Assembly: GCA_037446135.1 (NCBI GenBank)
Contig: JBBIJD010000045.1
Span: 1 to 13,526 of the forward strand
Source of the DNA: Candidatus Fraserbacteria bacterium
GTDB lineage: Bacteria > Bipolaricaulota > Bipolaricaulia > RBG-16-55-9 > JANLFV01
Length of the DNA: 13,526 nucleotides
Reading direction: 5' to 3'
The position numbers were made by a program, and so were the translations under genes. The notes beneath the pieces were generated by a model. That model had not been told where the DNA came from. It ran no database searches and worked only from the letters and a program-made list of their open reading frames with translations. Below, piece after piece: positions 8,236-13,526 of this stretch (position 1 is the stretch's first letter; each line of letters starts with the position of its first letter).

Positions 8236-9533
8236 TCGAGGACCGCCTGGGTGAGCGGGCCTACCTCCGCGGCGGTGAGCGGGCGCTGCTCGTCGGGCTC
8301 AATGAAGACCTCGCGGAGCTGGCGGCCCTGAGCGCAACGGCCGGGGTCCAAGTCCTCGGAAGAGTGATCCAGCGCCGGAGCCGTCCTGACCCCTCCTACT
8401 TCATCGGGGTGGGGAAGGTCGAGCGGCTCCGGGAGCAGGCCACCCTAGCCGGCGCGGATACGGTTATCTTCGATGATTCTCTCTCCCCGGCCCAGGGGCG
8501 GAACCTCGAGGAACGGCTGGAACGGAAGGTGATAGACCGCCCCCAGCTCATTATGAGCATCTTCGCTCGGCATGCCCGGACCAAGGAGGCGAAGCTCCAG
8601 GTAGAACTCGCTCAACTGGAATACCTGCTACCCCGACTCCATGGCTGGGGGAAGGCGCTCGGCGGGCTCGGCGGGGGGATCGGGACCCGCGGCCCGGGTG
8701 AGACCCAGCTCGAGCAAGAGCGCCGGAAGATCAAGCGCCGGATGCAGCGGCTCCGGGAGGAATTAGAGAAGGCCAGGCTCGAGCGGGAAGTGAAGGGGAA
8801 GCTCCGGAGAAGGAGCGGCCTGCCCATTGTGGCCCTCATCGGCTACACCAACAGCGGGAAATCGACACTGTTGAATAAGCTGAGTGGTGCCCAGGCTCAT
8901 GTGGAAGATAAGCTCTTTGCGACGCTCGACCCCCTGGTCCGCCAGGCGGCCCTCCCCGACAACCGCCCATTCCTCCTGATCGATACCGTCGGGTTCATCA
9001 AGAAGCTCCCGCCACAGCTCATCCCGGCCTTCCTCTCGACCCTCGAGGCAGTAAAGGAGGCCGATCTCCTCCTCAATGTGCTGGACATCTCGAACAAAGA
9101 TGTCTATACACATCTGGCGACGATCCATGAGGTCCTAGCTGACCTCTTTGGTGATAGCCCATGGCCACCGCTGCTCAATGCCCTGAACAAGGTCGATCTC
9201 CTTGCCGGTCCGGAGGGGGAGGAGCGGCTAGCCCGGGCCATGAACGAGATCCGCAATCCCATCCCCATCTCGGCCCTCGAAGGGCTGGGGTTGGAGCAGT
9301 TGCTAGAGAGGATCAGCGAAGAGCTCGGTCCAGCGCGGGAGCGGCTGCGGGTAAGAATCCCCTATGCTCGAGCTGCCCTGCTCGATGAGCTCCACCGCCA
9401 CGGGGTAGTGGAACGGGCAGAGTATGGAGCAGAGGGGATCTTGGTCGAGGTGGCTTTAGCGGGGGAGCCTCTCCGCCAACTCGAGCGGCGGGCCGAAAAG
9501 GACGGGCTCGAGCTGGAGCGGCTCCCGCTCTAG
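8223..9533 (+). CDS. hflX: Ribosome-splitting GTPase HflX
   Basis: 436 aa. IGVGKV, LQVELAQLEYLLPRL, GGIGTRGPGETQLE, G1 GYTNSGKS, G2 LFATLD, G3 DTVGF, G4 NKVD, G5 ISA. Overlaps the murA end by 13 nt. Confidence 0.97.
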   Translation: MGRLIEDRLGERAYLRGGERALLVGLNEDLAELAALSATAGVQVLGRVIQRRSRPDPSYFIGVGKVERLREQATLAGADTVIFDDSLSPAQGRNLEERLERKVIDRPQLIMSIFARHARTKEAKLQVELAQLEYLLPRLHGWGKALGGLGGGIGTRGPGETQLEQERRKIKRRMQRLREELEKARLEREVKGKLRRRSGLPIVALIGYTNSGKSTLLNKLSGAQAHVEDKLFATLDPLVRQAALPDNRPFLLIDTVGFIKKLPPQLIPAFLSTLEAVKEADLLLNVLDISNKDVYTHLATIHEVLADLFGDSPWPPLLNALNKVDLLAGPEGEERLARAMNEIRNPIPISALEGLGLEQLLERISEELGPARERLRVRIPYARAALLDELHRHGVVERAEYGAEGILVEVALAGEPLRQLERRAEKDGLELERLPL

Positions 9534-9544
9534 CCCAGGCATTC

Positions 9545-10396
9545 TCACTCCCTGAGCGCTGCCCCATCCCCCCGACTGAAGATTCGCTCCATCCATTCGA
9601 TGGCGAATCGGACGAGCCCAGCAGCCTCAAAGAGGTGGGAGTCTGCTGCACCGACCCTCCCGGTGCGGCCCTTCCCTGAAGCCAGGTACTCTCGGGCGAT
9701 CGCCTCGAAGTAGTTCCCACCCTCCCAGTCAAAGGCCCCCCGGCTCGTGTCGATGTCCTCGAGCTCGACCCAGACCCGCTGGCCATCCCGCAGCACCGGC
9801 ATCTTATAGCGCACGGTCCGCTTGTTTGGGATGCGGGCTAAGGTTTCGGCATGGTGCAGGACCGTCAAGGTGTTCAAGGGCGCTCCCAAAAGGAGGGCTT
9901 TTCCCCTGGCCGCGCAGAGCTTGGCGAAGGGCGAGCCAGGGCTATAGGGGTAGTGGAGCGGATGGTTCTCCGTGAGCCATTGGGCCTTGGCCCCTACTGC
10001 GGCCACCGAGGCCTCGGGATGGTCGCTCCGGCAGGCGCCCGGCCAGGTGCGAAGGTATTCGGTGAGGATGCTCCACTTCCGATTGGCCCGGGATCTTTGG
10101 GGGTCGAAGGGTGGGCACTCCTCAAGATAAGCCCGTTGCCACTCCTCCGGCCATTCGGCTAGCTTGGAGGGATCGTCCTCCCAGCCGACATACATCATCA
10201 GTGTCCCCTCCGGACCCAGCACATCCAGGATCGCCTGGAGAACTACATCCGGTCCGCCGATGACCCAGCCGATCGCGCTGACCGAGGCATGGAGCATCAC
10301 CACCTGACTAGAGGAGAGGCCGAGCCTACGGAGGTCTTCTACCAGTCTGCCCCTGGTCACTAAAGACCTTTGAAGCAGCCCTTCACGCTCGCTCAT
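9545..10396 (-). CDS. aac(3): Aminoglycoside 3-N-acetyltransferase family protein (Antibiotic_NAT)
   Basis: 283 aa from ATG 10396 (TTG 10399 is an alternative), SD GGGGAG at 10406-10411. LHASVSAIGWVIGGP, GTLMMYVGW, PPFDP, RSDHPEASVAAVG, SPFAKL, LLLGAP, TVLHHAE, GRVGAA. Confidence 0.92.
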   Translation of the reverse strand: MSEREGLLQRSLVTRGRLVEDLRRLGLSSSQVVMLHASVSAIGWVIGGPDVVLQAILDVLGPEGTLMMYVGWEDDPSKLAEWPEEWQRAYLEECPPFDPQRSRANRKWSILTEYLRTWPGACRSDHPEASVAAVGAKAQWLTENHPLHYPYSPGSPFAKLCAARGKALLLGAPLNTLTVLHHAETLARIPNKRTVRYKMPVLRDGQRVWVELEDIDTSRGAFDWEGGNYFEAIAREYLASGKGRTGRVGAADSHLFEAAGLVRFAIEWMERIFSRGDGAALRE

Positions 10397-10402
10397 CAAA
10401 GG

Positions 10403-10837
10403 TCACTCCCCTTTCATTTCGATTTCTTCCCCAGGCTCGAGGACCCTAGCTTCAAACCTTAAGGAGCCTGTCCTCTTCAAGATGTAGGCCCTTCCCTGGC
10501 CGTGCACCCTCACATGCGCCTCATCTTGGATCTCCAGGCAGATCGGCTCATCGAGCCCAAGGCCAAAGGTCGAGCCTGTCAACTCCATGTAGAATAGTAG
10601 CTCGGCGAGCTCCATCGCACCCCGTCTCAGCCAGAGCAGGCTCGTTTCGAGATCGCCCTCATCCAATGCCCTCTCGGCCTTCCCGATCAAGGACCGGGCC
10701 TCATCCAAGAGATCCCCGAGGAACTCCTCCTCCACTTCTGGTGTCATCTTCGCTTCGCCCTTAAGGGCTTGCAGGATGCCCTGGGGATCATAGAGAATCC
10801 TACATAACGCCTCGATCATCACTAGATCGCATACCAT
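10403..10837 (-). pseudogene. Apparent chimeric remnant: nucleotidyltransferase C-terminal/helical fragment fused in frame to a peptidase S51 (cyanophycinase-like) C-terminal fragment
   Basis: The N-terminal part has ILYDPQG plus a HEPN-like helix run but no GS/DxD catalytic core. The C-terminal part GLGLDEPICLEI...VRVHGQGRAYIL resembles the GxGIDE...V.G.G.V tail of S51 peptidases. No clear SD. Confidence 0.5.
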
Positions 10838-10838
10838 C

Positions 10839-11772
10839 TTAACTGCAGAGGGGCAGGAGCTGCGCCTGTAGCTCCTCCTTGGGAAAGACCCCGAGCCAGA
10901 TCAGAAGCTCAAGGGCATGAGCAGAGTAGCCGGGATCGTTTTCTTCCATCCAGAAGACCCGCCATCCGCCGTCTTCCCGCTGGGCCTCGCGGATGGCAGC
11001 GGCGATCTTCTGTAGCCGGCCGTAGGTCGCGGAGGTCGTAGCCGGCCTCGATCACGGATTCATGCAAGAGATGCGTCAGATGGTAGATGTCGTTCTCCTC
11101 GCGCTTGCCTTGGTAGAGGTGATAGCCCCGCTCGGCGTCCTCGGCCAACTGGGTCAGATACTCCTCGAACCGCTCCTTCCCCCTCTTGTAGACTTCATCA
11201 TCCTCGCCATAAAGCTCGCGCATGAGGAAGGCCACCCCTGTGGTCGTGTCGGGGTCGATTTCGGAGCCCTCGTAGACGGGATAGGTCCCATCGGGGCTTT
11301 GCATCCCCCGGAGCCACTCCACCGCCCGCTTGAAGGCCGCGGTATCGTCTATTCCCGCAAGATGGAAAAGCTCGATGATCCGGGCGGTGTAGTAAGTGAC
11401 GCTCTTCTCCTTGGACTCCTAGGTCATCCACTCGGGGATCGGCAGCACCTGAGCTTCGGCGAAGCCCCCATCGGGCCGCTGCTGTTCCAGAACAAACCGC
11501 AGAGCGCCTTGGATGGCGAAGCACTGTGCAGGCAGCCCGCAGCGGGCCAGCAAGGCGGCCGTGGTGTAGGTTGTTTTTAAGCCGGAGGCCTCATGATCAA
11601 ACTGATTGGGGAAGCCGCCGTCGGGGTTCTGCCTCTTCAGGATGGCGAGCATCAACTCCTTTGCCAACCGCGTCTCCAGGAGCCCGGCCGCCTCTAGCAA
11701 AGAGAGTTTAGCCGCCTTACCGGCCTTCTCCATAATGAACGGGATCGGATCGCGCTCGAGCTTGTATTCCAT
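10839..11772 (-). pseudogene. Prenyltransferase/squalene-cyclase (QxxDG) repeat protein, disrupted by an in-frame TAG (11419-11421) and a frameshift (about 11012-11030)
   Basis: SD AAGGAGGTG (11778-11786), ATG 11772. Track ORFs 11419..11778 and 10909..11322 share one frame, separated only by TAG. A shifted frame continues RLQKIAAAIREAQREDGGW...CS* to TAA 10839. Four repeats: QNPDGGF, QRPDGGF, QSPDGTY, QREDGGW. About 310 aa reconstructed. Confidence 0.85.
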
Positions 11773-11784
11773 AGTCACACCTCC

Positions 11785-11859
11785 TTAGCTCGATCGTAAT
11801 ACATGAGATCGCCGGGGGCCGAGTCTCAGCCGAGCGTGTTTCCGGCCGCCAGGGAGCAT
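11785..11859 (-). other. 24-codon mini-ORF, probable deletion scar
   Basis: Strong SD GGGAGGGG (11865-11872) 5 nt before ATG 11859. Reads MLPGGRKHARLRLGPRRSHVLRSS*, and its TAA overlaps the next gene's SD (TAAGGAGG). Confidence 0.35.
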
Positions 11860-11875
11860 GATGACCCCTCCCTTC

Positions 11876-12151
11876 TCAGGCATCAGCGCTCGGCAAGATA
11901 TCACTCAGCCAGTCCCTCAACCGATGCGCCTCTTGGGCAGTCAAGAGGACTTCCGATACATATTGGGGTTGCCCTCGCAGCCACTGCCATACCCCTTTGA
12001 TCCGCTCCCAGAGTGAGCCGCCCGGCTCGTAGGTATGACCAACGGATAGCTCCCACTGACCATCCCAGTCGAGGAGCTCGATCACCAGTGCGTGATGGGC
12101 ATGGCAGGAACACCAGGCCGTGAAACGCTTCTCCTCTTCTTGCGGAGCCAT
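11876..12151 (-). CDS. Small hypothetical protein with a CxC-H-x-HH motif
   Basis: 91 aa from ATG 12151, SD GGAGGTG (12154-12160). Contains WCSCHAHH and LWERIKGVWQWLRG. Confidence 0.75.
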   Translation of the reverse strand: MAPQEEEKRFTAWCSCHAHHALVIELLDWDGQWELSVGHTYEPGGSLWERIKGVWQWLRGQPQYVSEVLLTAQEAHRLRDWLSDILPSADA

Positions 12152-12206
12152 CGCACCTCCCATTCCTCCATCCCCTGAGGCCCAGCTTCCAGCTCCAGTT
12201 CCTCGA

Positions 12207-13106
12207 TCATGGTGGCACCCTTACAGGCTTGGTGAAGATCTTCCACTCATGGCCGACGCGAAAGCCGAGGCTCCTCAAGACCTTCAGGGCTGCAGCGTTC
12301 CCGCTCCAGGTATAGAGGGAAGCCGCTTTGAGCCCTCGTTCTTGCAAGAAGTCCAGCGCTCGAGCGGTGAGGGCCTTGGCCAAGCCCTTCCCTTGGTGAG
12401 CTGGGAGGGTGGCTGCCGGGCCGAGGTACCCGCGGCGGGCCTGGAAATGCTCGTTGAAATCGCGGTCCGGACGGGCGACGACCGCGGCGACCAGCTCGCC
12501 TTCATATTCGGCCACTTGGACCCACTCCGGGCTGAATTCCGGGTCTTCCTCACCCCAGCTCGCCAGGGCTCCCGGCCGGAGCCGCTCCCCCTCGTAGGCA
12601 GTGTTCACCACTCGGATGAGGGCCTCCTCCTCTTCAGGCCGAGGGCTTCGGAGGAGGTAGCCTTGGGGCACCGGCGGCATAGACCGCGGCCGGTCGAGCT
12701 CGATCAGCATCTGGTAGAGGCTCCCCTGGGGCCAATAACCCCGGGAGGTGAAGAATTCGATCCTCGATCGGTCCTCGGCATCAACTACGACGGTAAGCTC
12801 GTCGGCCTTGGCCTCCTGCTCGATGGTTGCAAGGAGTTGCTCTTCAATCTCTCGCTGCTGTGGCCCCGGCCAGGCGAGGAGCTGCAGCTCCTCCCCATAC
12901 CATTCCCAGCGGAGGAGGGCGAGCCCGATAATGCTTTCCTGCTCATCCACGGCTACGAGGATAAAGGCCGCCCGCTCCAGTTCCCTGCAGAGTTTCTCTT
13001 CAGTATAGGGAGTGAATTCATGGCTCCCCCGGCGGGCCTCGTTCCAAAGATTTGCGAGCTTCGGTAGATCCTTGTCACAATATTGGCGAACCTTTGTGCT
13101 TTTCAT
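12207..13106 (-). CDS. Tandem-domain GNAT N-acetyltransferase (MshD-like architecture)
   Basis: 299 aa. The C-terminal domain has motif A TLPAHQGKGLAKAL and NAAALKVLRSLGF. The N-terminal GNAT domain (FILVAVDEQESIIG...FFTSRGY) lacks the Q/RxxGxG/A loop. ATGA overlap with the upstream stop. Confidence 0.88.
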   Translation of the reverse strand: MKSTKVRQYCDKDLPKLANLWNEARRGSHEFTPYTEEKLCRELERAAFILVAVDEQESIIGLALLRWEWYGEELQLLAWPGPQQREIEEQLLATIEQEAKADELTVVVDAEDRSRIEFFTSRGYWPQGSLYQMLIELDRPRSMPPVPQGYLLRSPRPEEEEALIRVVNTAYEGERLRPGALASWGEEDPEFSPEWVQVAEYEGELVAAVVARPDRDFNEHFQARRGYLGPAATLPAHQGKGLAKALTARALDFLQERGLKAASLYTWSGNAAALKVLRSLGFRVGHEWKIFTKPVRVPP

Positions 13107-13397
13107 GCGATACCGGCCCAGCGGCGATACTCGTCCGCCTTCTCCTTCCCTGCGAGCGCCTCCAGCAAAAGGGCCATAAAGTGAAACACCCTCGCGCCTT
13201 TTCCCGTGATGAGATTGCTGTCACGGCACTGCGGGCTTGTCTTCCCAACGGGCACCTTCAAAGGCGGGATGATCATCAGGGGAGGTCGAAGCAAAGCGGT
13301 GTCCTTCGAGCACCCCCGCCGCTCTAAGGAAGACCGGAGCCATACAAATAGCGGTGATTACTTTCCCCTCCTGGCCGAACTTCCGGATCACCTTCAT
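13103..13397 (-). pseudogene. DJ-1/PfpI family gene remnant (N-terminal half missing, frameshift at about 13225)
   Basis: SD GAGGAGG then ATG 13397. MKVIRKFGQEGKVITAICMAPVFLRAAGVLEG contains the nucleophile-elbow AIC. KPAV/RDSNLITGKG is split across two frames. Ends at TGA 13103. Confidence 0.82.
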
Positions 13398-13411
13398 ATC
13401 TCCTCCTCTCC

Positions 13412-13526
13412 TCACCGCCGGGCGACGAACCAGGCTCTCCCGCTGTCCGGCCTAGGTTCGGTCATCTCTCGGAGATTCCCCCAGCAGGCGAGCTCGTGCA
13501 AATTGGCTTGTTCGAGCGCCTCCCGA
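13412..13526 (-). CDS. 3' end of a probable class I SAM-dependent methyltransferase (partial, enters from the right edge)
   Basis: Not in the track. The frame from 13525 reads REALEQANLHELACWGNLREMTEPRPDSGRAWFVARR*, resembling the L..AGF...yG...p...s.R..fvARK C-terminus of class I methyltransferases. Only 37 residues are visible. Confidence 0.55.
   Translation of the reverse strand, partial: REALEQANLHELACWGNLREMTEPRPDSGRAWFVARR

Noticed and set aside
8250..8284. 11-bp direct repeat GGTGAGCGGGC (GERA twice) at the hflX 5' end
   Set aside because: Short, in frame and only two copies. At most a small local duplication.
289..9533. Frequent CTCGAG/GAGCTC/CGATCG palindromes
   Set aside because: Largely explained by preferred CTC, GAG and ATC codon pairs. 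Enrichment cannot be claimed without a codon-aware count.
5633..10396. Apparent antibiotic cluster (rho, murA, hflX, aac(3))
   Set aside because: rho, murA and hflX look like ordinary housekeeping copies (MurA keeps the fosfomycin-sensitive Cys), and aac(3) belongs to a separate convergent unit.
11790..11845. Bulged hairpin as a possible integron attC site
   Set aside because: No paired RYYYAAC/GTTRRRY boxes flank it, and no similar element appears at the other junctions.
12120..13067. 315-aa + strand ORF
   Set aside because: Antisense shadow of the GNAT gene in GC-rich DNA, with no motifs and no SD.

Overview
GC-rich bacterial chromosomal window with two parts. (1) Positions 1-9533 are housekeeping DNA: the start of a divergent lipoprotein gene, then a + strand run of exonuclease-DinG helicase, proS, a GT2 glycosyltransferase, rho, murA and hflX, with two near-consensus sigma70 promoters. 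One promoter uses the proS stop codon inside its -35 box. (2) Positions 9545-13526 are a convergent, tightly packed - strand array of small accessory genes. It holds an intact AAC(3)-type aminoglycoside acetyltransferase, an intact tandem GNAT and a small Cys/His hypothetical protein. Between them lie damaged genes: a DJ-1/PfpI gene with an internal deletion and a frameshift, a QxxDG-repeat prenyltransferase-like gene with an in-frame amber codon and a frameshift, an apparent nucleotidyltransferase/peptidase S51 chimera, and short start-codon stubs. A probable methyltransferase 3' end sits at the right edge. No RNA genes, CRISPR arrays, transposases, integrases or attC sites could be supported. 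All family calls come from motifs read by eye, without database searches.
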